A DNA stretch of 64,000 nt from Octopus bimaculoides. Lineage: Eukaryota. The stretch lies in NCBI RefSeq assembly GCF_001194135.2, contig NC_068993.1:44836377-44900376 (forward strand), written 5' to 3'. Made by a program: the position numbers and the translations under genes. Of this stretch, positions 49,871-61,319 are shown piece by piece. How positions within the stretch are numbered: position 1 is the first letter of the stretch; every line of letters begins with the position of its first letter. Below the pieces are notes generated by a model that saw only the letters and a program-made list of their open reading frames with translations, made no database searches and was not told where the DNA came from.

Positions 49871-49924
49871 CAAGTATTTGTTGAGCTGGAAATGAATGTA
49901 AAAATGGCAGATGACTGTTTCCTG
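49871..49924 (-). CDS. Candidate short exon (54 nt), unknown protein
   Basis: Very strong acceptor ctttttcttttgtttctgttttcAG (NAGNAG) and weaker donor TTG|GTAATA. All three frames are open. Confidence 0.18.
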
Positions 49925-52900
49925 CTGAAAACAGAAACAAAAGAAAAAGTATTCATCATGATGGTCACAAGCATTAAATAGTTAATATTGATTGTGAAAA
50001 AAAAAAAAAAAAAGTCTTTATTAGTAATAATGCAAATGTAGTTTCCCTAGTTTTTAATATTTGAAAGTGATATAACTTGAACTATGTATTATTGACTTTA
50101 CTACATAAAGAAATATTTGTAATTCTCAGTGAGACAGTTATTTATTCATATTGGTTTTGGAATTTCAGTTAAGATCTTCACTTAAATTGAAATGTAGGAA
50201 AGGAGCTTGAAGTGGTTGTAGAACAAATAGTTCTTGTAACCTGGGTGGTAGCACTCCCTTAGGTGGGACTGTTGTTAATTCACAAGGGTTGCAAATGTCA
50301 AGGGGGTGCTATGGAATACTATATGCTTAGAAGGGTCATGATATTTTTCTCTTAGAAATAAAATGCTGAATTGAAACTAGATACAATACTTGTATTTTAA
50401 GCGTATTTTTTCAAAAAAAAAAAAAAAAATGAAAGGTTGCTATGGGATACCAGTTGTTTTGAGGGATCATATTTTTTTTTTCTTATAAATAAAATATTGA
50501 TATTAGATACAGTACGTGTATTTTAAGAGCATCCCCTACCACAAGGAAAGAAAACTTTTTGTTAGTATTAGAATGTAAGTAGACATTGTGGATGGAATAT
50601 AACTGGATATATCATGGTTTGGTAGAATTTTGTTGTATAAGACCTTGACTTTGATAGTAATTCCCATTAATCATTCCACCAAAGCAGCAGCATTCTGTGC
50701 AAAAACGAAAAAGAGTATGTACTGGATAGGATAGTATAAGTAAATAAAGCATTGTTGCAAAATTAGCTTGTTTGGTTAGAATCTTCTCTGTACATGCTTA
50801 ATAAGAAGACAAGTGTGAATGATGAAGCTGAGCTAAGTTATTTTGTACAATAAAGCAAACCATTACATTAGTGTGATGTCTGTATAAGGCACCACTACAA
50901 TGGATGACAGCAGATTGCTGAAGATTTGTATCATTTATAGCAAAATCGAAGCAGAGTTAATAATACACTCCCAATATACTATCAACATTGTGTTGTAAAA
51001 TCCTTGTCAGTATTTCTAGATTGAATGGTTGAGTAGACAATGACACTTCACTGTCCATTTTGCTTTCAGGTCACATTTCCTGGTTATATTGGGTTAATTG
51101 TGATAAAGATTTAGAGTTTTTAAAATATGGTCTTGGTGCATAAGTCTATAACTGTGAAATTAAATTTCATGGTTATTCTGGTAATGATGTTAAATGCCTA
51201 CCAAAAATAGAATTGGTATTTTCTGCAAGTCATACTGCCTCTATAAATTTGACCTCAACAAAAAATAGTTTCACACATGATGTTCCTCAATAAAAGAACG
51301 ATTGGTATATAAAACTGATTTCTACAGTTAAGGATAATGACATTTTGATTGGATATATTTGACTTCCACAGTAAAAGGGTTAAGGTTTAGGGTTTTTAAA
51401 ATATGGTCCTGGTACAGTAAAGAACCAATAAAAAAAATATGAGGTACTCATAGAAACATATTTAGTTGGCTTGCTATGTTCTGTGAAAGCTTCTTTAGAA
51501 TTAGAAGGAATTAGAGTTTGGAGTCTTAAGACAAAGATAAGCTAATTACAATGATTGTACTAAATTTGTTGAATTGGGCTGGATAAAATTATATCTTTAT
51601 ATTTCATTCTTTTACATTATATCCATTTTTCCATATTAGTATTGTTGGGATGCTTTCTATAAATCTGCATTTACATATTGTTGGAGACAGCATTTTTGTA
51701 GCTGGATACCCATCCTATTGCTAACCGTTCAACTTTAAAGTAGGTATAGAACTGCTTAGTTCATTAAACATACTGTGGTAATCAGTCATAACTACTTGCC
51801 CAGGGACACTGCACACGAACTACAAAATCATAGATTTATTAAAATTTTTAGACATGACAATTTCATCTATATTGGGACATTAAGAAGCATTCTATGCATA
51901 TTTTGCTGCATACTGCATAATGCATGGTCTGCTAATGTGCTTACTATTAATATTTCGTTGTGTAATTACACTGAAGAGATGATAAATTAATTTTAAAATT
52001 CACAAGAGTAATTAGAAATTAATGATATTCAAGACTTTGTGATCCAGTTGGAAATGTTTCTAAAATTTGACTTGTATAAATACTATCATTTAAAAGTTTG
52101 GCAATGCTAGGGTGTTACTGTATATTTATGGATTGTAATTTGAGTGTGTACATTCATGTGAATATGTCTTTATCTGTTCCTATGTGAATATATATAAATA
52201 TATATGAGGTCCTGTTTGAATACATGTTTCTATGGCAACATATGTCTCCCTGTGTCTCTGTATGAACATGTGTGGGTGTATATTTTTTTATAAGAGTTTG
52301 TTTTTGTTTCTTTGTGTGAAATAGTATGTCTGTATGCATAAATAAATGCATGTGATGTCAAACTGGGTATATGTGAGAATGAGTGAATGATTGCGTGTGT
52401 GTGGATATATTTGTGTGAGAGAGAATGAATGTGCAAATACGTGTATGTATGAGAGAGAGAGAGAGACTCAATGAGTGTGTAGATATGTGTGTGAGAGAGA
52501 AAGAGAATGAATTTATGGCTACACATATAAGTCTCTGTTACAATGAAACAATTCTCAGTTGTACCGTGCTGACTTGGCACTTGAAGTAAATGAGAGAATT
52601 TTCCCTATATAGTTCCAGCTTAAACAATCTATATATATATATATATATATATATACTTTCATATATTTATTCTCTTGTCACAATGAATTATAAAATATCT
52701 ATTCGAAGCAGCCATTTTCTTTTCTGGGTTTGAATTTTAATCAAGAAAATTTCTGTTCTTGCCAAACTAACATTTCTCTTTGGCTATTATACTTGTAATC
52801 ATTTGGCAACTTAATTTCAGAATGATAGATAAACCAAAACATTNNNNNNNNNNNNNNNNNNNNNNNNNNNNNNNNNNNNNNNNNNNNNNNNNNNNNNNNN

Positions 52901-53494
52901 NNNNNNNNNNNNNNNNNNNNNNNNNNNNNNNNNNNNNNNNNNNNNNNNNNNNNNNNNNNNNNNNNNNNNNNNNNNNNNNNNNNNNNNNNNNNNNNNNNNN
53001 NNNNNNNNNNNNNNNNNNNNNNNNNNNNNNNNNNNNNNNNNNNNNNNNNNNNNNNNNNNNNNNNNNNNNNNNNNNNNNNNNNNNNNNNNNNNNNNNNNNN
53101 NNNNNNNNNNNNNNNNNNNNNNNNNNNNNNNNNNNNNNNNNNNNNNNNNNNNNNNNNNNNNNNNNNNNNNNNNNNNNNNNNNNNNNNNNNNNNNNNNNNN
53201 NNNNNNNNNNNNNNNNNNNNNNNNNNNNNNNNNNNNNNCATACATACGTGTGTCTGTGTATATATACTATAGCATCGTAAATTTATTAACTGCTATTTCC
53301 AGTAAACATTGGTGCCTTGTACCACTATTCTATATTTATATATGTATATATATATGTATATACATATGCGTGTGTGAGTGTTTGTGTATGTATGTATATA
53401 TTTATTAGCTGGAAATTGTGCGGAGGAGTTTTGTGTATGCGTGTATATATATATATATATATATATATGCACATGCACACACACATACACAGAG

Positions 53495-53650
53495 AATGAG
53501 TTTCCAGACAGTTTCCATCTACCAAATTCATCCACTAGGTATTAGTTGGCTCGGTGTTATTGTAGAAGACACTTGTCCAAGGTGCTATGCAGTGGGATTG
53601 AACCTAAAATCACATGGTTGCAAATCGATCTTCTTTACCATGCATTCATG
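53495..53650 (-). mobile_element. SINE family B head
   Basis: cagtttccatctaccaaattca...gaagacacttgtccaaggtgc...gtgggattgaacc...cacatggttgc. Confidence 0.75.
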
Positions 53651-54924
53651 CCAACACAATGTTGTATTGACTATGAATGGCAAAATATTTCTCTCTGGAT
53701 GCCTTGGTCTGATTTTATTTGGCTTTTGTATGTTTATTTAAGATTTAAACCAAAGAATTCTTTTACTGATTGGCACAAAGATTTCAAGAACTATATTTTA
53801 TTTATTGGCAATTTCTCTGTACTTCTCCCTGTAGATCCAGTAATGATAGATACGCTATAGGAATTCTGATCAATGACTTCTTTCGAAAATGTTTACTTTA
53901 CCTACTTATGCCAACATCCTTTGATCTGTTTACAACACTGCTCTTTTCCCCTTGTTGTAATCTCTATTCTCTCGCCTCTAATTGTGATTTATGGGCAAAT
54001 ATATTCGCATAATAGGCCAATAGGATTCATTTGTATTGAATATTTCTATTATATTAGAAACAGATTAGCTAGAAATTCTCTGTTTGAAAGGGTCTGTCAC
54101 TCAGAGAGAAAAAACCACAATGGAAAACATAGATAAAAGTACAGTTCATATGCAAGTTATATAATACTTATTAAATAATTTTTGATATATAAGAATTTTT
54201 CTTCTTTGAATCATTTAATAATTCTTTATCCTCCTACACGTTTTTTATTTTGTTGTTGCATACATTTTTCTATATTAGTGTAAGTGAGATAGTCTTTGGA
54301 AATTTGAATAGTATTATCTTGTTGCAGTAAGTGATTTTTTTTTATTGCTTGTTGCTTACTCTTTCAGTTGTTAATCACATTGTTATGCAATAATAATGGA
54401 ATCTGTTGTTAACCAAACAGACTGAGGCAGAGAGAGAGAGAGAGAGAGTGGTGTGATTTGTCTAGGAGTGGAACAGAATGGCTTGAGTGATGTTTTAACT
54501 TGTAACAAGCAATGTGTTTAGTGATCCCCTACTGTAACCCAGCACCCAAAGCCCTATCTGATTTTTTTGCATTGATCATATTCTTTATAAATCACCATAT
54601 ATACTTGTACATAAATTGCATTTTTTCTTATTCAAGAAAAGCGCTCAAAAGACTACATGCACCTTATCTACCAAATCTTGTTGCAAACACAAATTTAAGC
54701 ATATACCAACACATGCACACACACACACACACACACACACAAACACGAACAAAAGGTGACTGAGTATATTGGAAAGGTTGGTCATATCACTACACAGTTT
54801 CTGTGAGTATTGATATTGTGAACAAATATATGTTGATGATGTCATGCATGGAAGCAAACATGACTGTCGAAGTAGAATTTGATTCTGCCACAAAAGAAAT
54901 GTGCCTGTGACGACATTTAATCTT

Positions 54925-54980
<56 letters not shown>

Positions 54981-55225
54981 TGTGTGTTTTAAATGGAGTA
55001 GCAGTAACAAGTGACANNNNNNNNNNNNNNNNNNNNNNNNNNNNNNNNNNNNNNNNNNNNNNNNNNNNNNNNNNNNNNNNNNNNNNNNNNNNNNNNNNNN
55101 NNNNNNNNNNNNNNNNNNNNNNNNNNNNNNNNNNNNNNNNNNNNNNNNNNNNNNNNNNNNNNNNNNNNNNNNNNNNNNNNNNNNNNNNNNNNNNNNNNNN
55201 NNNNNNNNNNNNNNNNNNNNNNNNN

Positions 55226-55264
<39 letters not shown>

Positions 55265-55298
55265 TACTCATTTCAGTCATTTGACTGTATCCATGTTA

Positions 55299-55665
55299 GG
55301 TGCAAGCGTTACTGTGTCATTAAGAAGTTTACTTCCAATCGCATAGTATTAGGTTCCCCATATATCACCCTGGGCAAGTGTCTTTTACTGTAGTCAAAGT
55401 CTTGTGGGAGGATTTGGTTGATAGAAACTGAAAGAAGCCTGTTGTATATGTATATTTGTGTGTGTTAGTGTATCCTTATCTTGACATCACAAGATAGTTG
55501 TAAATGAGCATCACCATTATACAAGCGGTGTCATTTGTTTTCAGTCTTCTGGAAACAGGTGAAGGTTGGTGACAGGAGGGCATCCAGCCATAGAAAATCT
55601 GCCTCAGTTAATTTCATCTGCCCCTTGAAAGCATACAAAAGTGGATGTTAAAACAATGATGATGA
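55299..55665 (+). mobile_element. Full-length SINE family B
   Basis: Same architecture as 30729-31135. Confidence 0.8.
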
Positions 55666-57144
55666 GCTTCTACATATGCAAATATATATGTTCTTTATTG
55701 GCAAATTTTAAGTCTAATTCCCACTGGATGTTGCATATATTGCCAGTCAATGAGAAATGTTGACTTAAAAGCTCAGGTTTGTCTATCTTTTCTGGACAGA
55801 GATCATAGAAACACATTGCTTCAAATATCTATGGCTCTGTGAATTTGCTCGACAGTATTGGCAATGATTGGTATTATTTCATTCAAATGAGTTAACTATT
55901 TAAATAGAAAGACAAGGAAATTTACAAATGGTATTCACAAAAAGTGACCTATGTACAGATCAAAGATTAAAGACAAGGTATAAATACGAAGAACATAAAG
56001 CTTATCTACTGCTATGACTTTTAGAGGGTATATAAAACACAAATAATCTTTAATAAGCATGTGTTTGTTTTTGTTGTTTATTCCAAGTCAGCCTGACTGG
56101 GTTGTGACCAGCACATTTGTTTTTCCGCAGATAAGTGTATCTGATATACGTTTCAGTATTGTCTTTTCTATTTTAAGACAATAGGGTGTGATTGAAAGGA
56201 CACTTGGTTGCTAAGACTTTATTCTATGATTCAAACTGTGAAACAAGCATAGAAGTTTAATTTTTAGACATCCAGAGAGTGGTTAGAATATAGGAAATGA
56301 GTGTTGTTATACTCACTTGTTTCAGAAAGTCATTAACCATCAGAGTTGTATATAATAGCTACAACTTTATCACAAATTCAACATAATAGAATTTGACATC
56401 TACTCAAAGGTGCTTGGCTCTGTTCACAAAAATATAATCCTATTATTTTCTAACTTGCACACTTTCTAACTAGAACTACTCTCGGTGTTGTAAACAAATA
56501 TATGATGATGAGGTCATGCATGAAAACAAACGTGACTGCTCTAGAACCGTTCTCATAGAAGGAAAACAAGCTGGTGGGTGTACAATGTTTCAACATCATT
56601 ATTATCACATTGATCATACCTAAAGAAAAATTACTTTATAGTAAAACTATTTCTAGAAATGGTCAAAAATCTACTTAGCAAAACAGACTTGTATGCCAAA
56701 CTTATAGACTCTAGTTAAGTGTAGGCTAACATACTTCATATTGTGAACCAAAAATATTTGTCCTATGGTTAAAGAGTGCAGTATTCAGAGGAAGGGAGGT
56801 CCGTCTCTTGACATGTGTGGACAGGCCCTGATGTCAAATGAACTAGTTCTCTTGCCCAAGGGTTAAATAGGGATTACGCCTTATGGGTAAGCTTGGGAGG
56901 GTAGGAGATTAGCAAAAGTAAACTGAACATACCAGCAGATAGCAGGGTGTGTGTGTGTGTGAGGGGGGGGCTATTGCTACATTATTCCCAAGCAAAGTCA
57001 TGAATCATGAGTTATTGGTGTAGGGGTCCATGACAACAGTTACCTGTGAAGCTGGCATGAGATGAAGAAAAAGAAAGCAAGTAAGAGAGAGAGAGAGAGT
57101 GTGTGTGCATGCATGTGCACCACTAGAGCTCCTTGCCTGTTCAG

Positions 57145-57295
57145 GATAAACTTTACAGTCATACATGTGTTGGATCCACCAGCAGTTGAACCTGATCCAG
57201 AGGTGTGCAGATCCCCTCTGTTTGGTGGCTGTAGCAAAGAAAGTTGTGAAATGGGCACTGCTGAAGGGTTTGAGAACAAAGGCTTTCCTCTCGGG
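57145..57295 (+). CDS. Candidate exon (151 nt, or 137 nt from the alternative acceptor at 57159), unknown protein
   Basis: Acceptor ctccttgcctgttcAG and donor GGG|GTAAGT. GC-richer than the flanks, codons mostly A/T-ending. INFTVIHVLDPPAVEPDPEVCRSPLFGGCSKESCEMGTAEGFENKGFPLG. Confidence 0.4.
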
Positions 57296-57739
57296 GTAAG
57301 TCTTCATCAATTTCAAATACTGCTTGGAATTGGAAGATGGAAGATGAAGTCTGATTGGAAGAAGAAGATGAGGTATAGAGGGAGGTATTAACCTCCAATA
57401 AATACAGTTAATAAAGGTGGGTAAAAGTGATGAAGTTGGTGTGGCTAAATGGGCTTACACTAACCCTGTGGGCAAGATCAGTGAAAAGGCACTAGCTTTT
57501 GTTGTAATAGGATACTCTTGTGTTTTGTGTAGGATGACTTGAGGCATACCATGTCATTGCCTCCCATTTTGAAGATCCTTTCTTGTTATTTATTATTACT
57601 GTTGATTTCACCATTTTACTATATGTATACCCTCTCTCTCTCTCTCTCTCTCTCTTTTTTGTTTTTGTCGGCTCTCCAACTTCATAGCCACTTTACAGTC
57701 AATAAAAGGAATCTATATTTAAATTAAAAACAGTTATTA

Positions 57740-57860
57740 TTATTTGTCTTTATCTTTCATCCTTTTCGGGTTGATAAAATAAGTACCAGTTGAACTTTGG
57801 AGTTGATGAAATAGGCTTATATCCTCCCCTAAAATTGCTGGCCTTGTGCCAAAATTATTA
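57740..57860 (+). mobile_element. SINE family A, 3' part with (ATT)n tail
   Basis: ctttcatccttttcgggttgataaaataagtaccag...ggccttgtgccaaaattatt. Confidence 0.75.
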
Positions 57861-58246
57861 TTATTATTATCATTATTATTATTATTATTAATGAGTGAAA
57901 GAGCAGCACATGCCATCAAAGTGAACCTGGGGTACAAATATACAAAGCCCAATATACCCCATCATCACTACATGTCTGATAAAGGTACACTGGGCACATG
58001 CATCACAACCATATGTACATGGCATGGTGACCTCCTATCAAGATAAACAGTGCATGGCCATGCAGGTGGGAGGGTGTCACCCCCATTTTTTAAAAATTTC
58101 TCCTTTCAATGTCCATAAACCTGCACCCCTGCCCAGCAAAATAATTTAAATTTTAATGTTAAATATCATTTTATAGTGTTATTTAAGAATAGAGAAATTG
58201 AAAATTTTCCAATACTAACGCTTGTTCTTTTTATTTATTTATTTAG

Positions 58247-58290
58247 GTATGTGTTGAATTTTACAAAATACAAAAAAAGTTGAGCTGTAT
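58247..58290 (+). CDS. Candidate short exon (44 nt), in frame with 57145-57295
   Basis: Branch-like aCTAAC, long polypyrimidine tract ending tttAG, donor TAT|GTAAGT. The only open frame is phase 0, VCVEFYKIQKKLSC. Confidence 0.4.
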
Positions 58291-58459
58291 GTAAGTAGAC
58301 ATGTTATTTTCAAAAATACTGAGTGATGCTGTTTGATGGTTGATTTTGCTGTAAGTGATTCATTATTGATTTATAGATTCTACTTTCACATGTTTCCACT
58401 TTTCTTGTCTTTCTTTTTCTTACATCATTTTCTTTTACTTACCCAAGTAAGTGTCAGTA

Positions 58460-58660
58460 CATTAACAGCTAGCTCAGTGCTGTCTCTAACACCTAACTCA
58501 GCATGCTCTGAACAGCTAGCTCAGTTTTTTCTGAACAGCTAATCCAGTGCACTCAATTGTTAATCCAGTGCCCTCTGAACAGCTAGTTTAGTGTAGTTGA
58601 CTGCTAATCCAGTGCTCTCTGAACAGCTAGTTCAATGCATTGACTGCTCAGTGCTCTCTT
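58460..58660. repeat. Degenerate minisatellite (about 22-25-bp units)
   Basis: Recurring ctctgaacagcta(g/a)(c/t)(t/c)cagtg interleaved with gttgactgctaatccagtg. Confidence 0.75.
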
Positions 58661-59885
58661 AAGATCTCCTGTAGATATCTAAATCATTCTCCATTTCATT
58701 ATTGTTTCATATTCACATCTCTTTCACTCTCATTTTCCAGGTAGGCAAGCCATGTATTCACCTCTTGTCCTTCTGTCGTAGTTTCTTATTCCTCCAGCCT
58801 ATATCCTGCTCACTTGAAGGGTCTTATTTTGTGGGTATTTGGCAACCTCATGAGTGCTGGTGCTATGCAAAAAGCTCCTCATACACCCTGTTATGTAATT
58901 GGTGTTAGGAAGCGTATCCAGCTGTAGAAACTATGCCAAAGCAGACATAGAACCTGGCAGAGCCCTCTGTCAAACTGTCCAACCCATGCCAGCATGGAAC
59001 AAACAACATGAAACAATGATGATGTGTATGTGTGTGTGTATATATATAATTTAGAGAAAGACCACTATTAAATAATGTGTGTCTATATATATATATATAT
59101 ATACATCATTTCATCATCTGACGTGTGGCACATGGTACACCTGTACAGGTAATGTTGATTTGATGGAGGGAGTGAGCTTATGTGAACTCGGACATTTGAT
59201 CACTATAAACAAATCATCTGCGCGGTTGTTCAGCAAGAAATTGCTGAGTCCTCATATGTTGTCTAATGACAGGAGAGTCCATGGTATGTGTGTGTGTGTG
59301 TGTGTGTATGCATGCATATGTGTGTTTGTGTGCCACCACTCACCACTTGACGACTGGTGTTGATTTAATTATGTCCCCATAACTTAGATACTCAACAAAA
59401 GAGACTGATAGAAGAAGTACCAGACTAAGAAAAAGAATAAGTACTGCTGTCCAATGGCTTGAAACAAAAGATAAAAGACAATATTTCACTTTGAAATTTT
59501 TCCATTGATAAAGCTTTCAAATTCCGTCACATTTGCATCATCGTCATCATCACCGTGGCTACTGCAACACAACTTTATTCTTTTCCAGAGTCAGCTTCAT
59601 TTTCATCATCCCAATTTTCCTTTGTTCTCTATTGGTCTTTATCTCCAATACTCCATCTTTCTTGTCTCCCCAACTCCCTCCTCCTGGCTATTTTCAAACT
59701 GTCTGATTCCTTATTCTTTGTTTTCATTCTCTTCTGCCCCCACCCACCTCCACAAAAATGAATCATAAAAATATTGATTTTTCTGTCTGTATTTTGATAT
59801 TTGAACGGAAGTTATTTGTCTCCTCGTGTGATATCTGTCAATATTCCGTGTCATATTAAGTTCTATTTCTTATCTTATATGATAC

Positions 59886-60990
59886 ATTGTTATTAGTATT
59901 ATATGTTTTTCATCTTCCTTCAATTTTGTTTCCATTTCTTGTCTGGTGTCTTCCTGACACCTAGGGCAAAGAAACTCACTGTAAACATTGATAGGCCATT
60001 AAAATAAACACACCAGATTGTTTATTTACAAAATCAAATAAAGTTATGTAAAAAACAAAAATTATTACGTGGAAAGTTGTTGTTCCCACAGCAATAATTT
60101 TCTCAAAACATGTGATGTACTTATTAAAACAATTCTTTGCACTTCTTGCAGGAATGGTAAGCCAGGGATGATTCTCAAATAATTTCCAATTCCATTTTTG
60201 ATCATTCCTAGTGCTCCTACACTCACTGGTACTGAAACCGCCTGGAGATGTCACTTTTCTTTTGATTTCAATTAGCAGATTTTTATATTTTCTGAGCTTG
60301 CCAAATTCTTTTTTCTGCAATATTATGATCACAAGGGATGCTTATATTAATCAATAAACAGACTTTATTATTTCGGTCTTTTACAACAATATCTGGTTTA
60401 TTAGTTTTGATAGTTATGTCTGTATGTACAGGAAAGTCCCATAGAAATCATTACATTTTCTTCTTCAGTTACAGTCCCAGGGTGATGCTGATACCACTTT
60501 TCAACGGTTTTGACTTCATAATGCTGACATATTAACCAGTGTGGATATCGGTCAACTCTGACATGTCTTGATTTATACTCTACATGGTGATAAAACTTTA
60601 CATCCAGAGATTGTGATCCATTGTTTCAATCTCATCATTGTAGAATCAGACATTTGCTTGATAAGAGATAAAAGGTAATAAGTTTTGGTCTTGAGTAGCT
60701 AAAATGAAGCCTTCACATTCTGCTTTTAGCCTTGAGCTTCATAGCCCCTGGTGGGTGTGCTTCTGGTCAACATCAGCTTGTTTGGTACAAGCCACATATT
60801 TGCCATGCAGAGCTTTCTGCTCCCATCTACCAGCCGATTGTTCATGTGCTTTTTTTCTTTGCTGAAAGTGAGTCACCTTGGAAATTGCCACAGTTGATGC
60901 TAATATCGTTTGAACCTAGTACTCTATTAGAATGATATAACTGGAGATTCATGTTCCGCAGTGACATATGCTGCTATGATAATTCTCAAG
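59886..60990 (-). mobile_element. RLE-type (R4/Dong-like) non-LTR retrotransposon, 3' part: post-RT region, CCHC remnant, restriction-like endonuclease, 3' UTR
   Basis: WEQKALHGKY...KAECEGFILATQDQNL...ETMDH.SGCKVL...HWLICQHY...EKWYQHHP..VTEEENV...DFPVHTDITIKTNKPDIVVKD...LINISIPCDHNIAEKEFGKLRKYKNLLIEIKR...GALGMIK...LQEVQRIVL.STSHVLRK. Ends in a degenerate (AAT)n tail. Confidence 0.9.
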
Positions 60991-60999
60991 GAATTACAG

Positions 61000-61200
61000 G
61001 CAGCGAGCTGGCAGAATCATTAGTGTGCTGGGCAAAATGCGTAGCAGTATTTTGTCCGTCTTCACTTTCTGAGTTCAAATTCTGCCGAGGTCAACTTTGC
61101 CTTTCATCCTTTTGGATGTAATTGACTAGTCCCCTCCCCACACATTTCAGGCCTTGTGCCTTTAGTAGAAAGGATTATTATTATTATTATTATTATTATC
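61000..61200 (+). mobile_element. SINE family A with (ATT)n tail
   Basis: aggcagcgagctggcagaatcattag...ttctgagttcaaattctgccgaggtcaac...agaaaggattattatt. Confidence 0.85.
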
Positions 61201-61319
61201 AAACTCAAACATAAATATGTATAGGTATCATTATATAGTGGTAGTTGTGGTGTGGTGGTAGGATAAAAAGAATACACACACACATTGTTTTGAGTTTGAA
61301 ATTGATGTTCCTTGCCTAA

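Noticed and set aside
59870-59978. Apparent minus-strand exon encoding EFLCPRCQEDTRQEMETKLKEDEKH, resembling a zinc-finger end
   Set aside because: It lies between the end of the RLE LINE ORF and its (AAT)n tail, so it is best explained as the LINE 3' UTR. No good donor or partner exon.
60152-60156. 5-nt plus-strand microexon (ttcttgcAG|GAATG|GTAAGC)
   Set aside because: It is the antisense of LINE coding sequence (PGLPFLQEV). It shows how easily strong splice signals arise by chance here.
59976-60332. 118-aa ORF with an apparent transmembrane segment
   Set aside because: Frameshifted RLE LINE C-terminus running into a T-rich 3' UTR.
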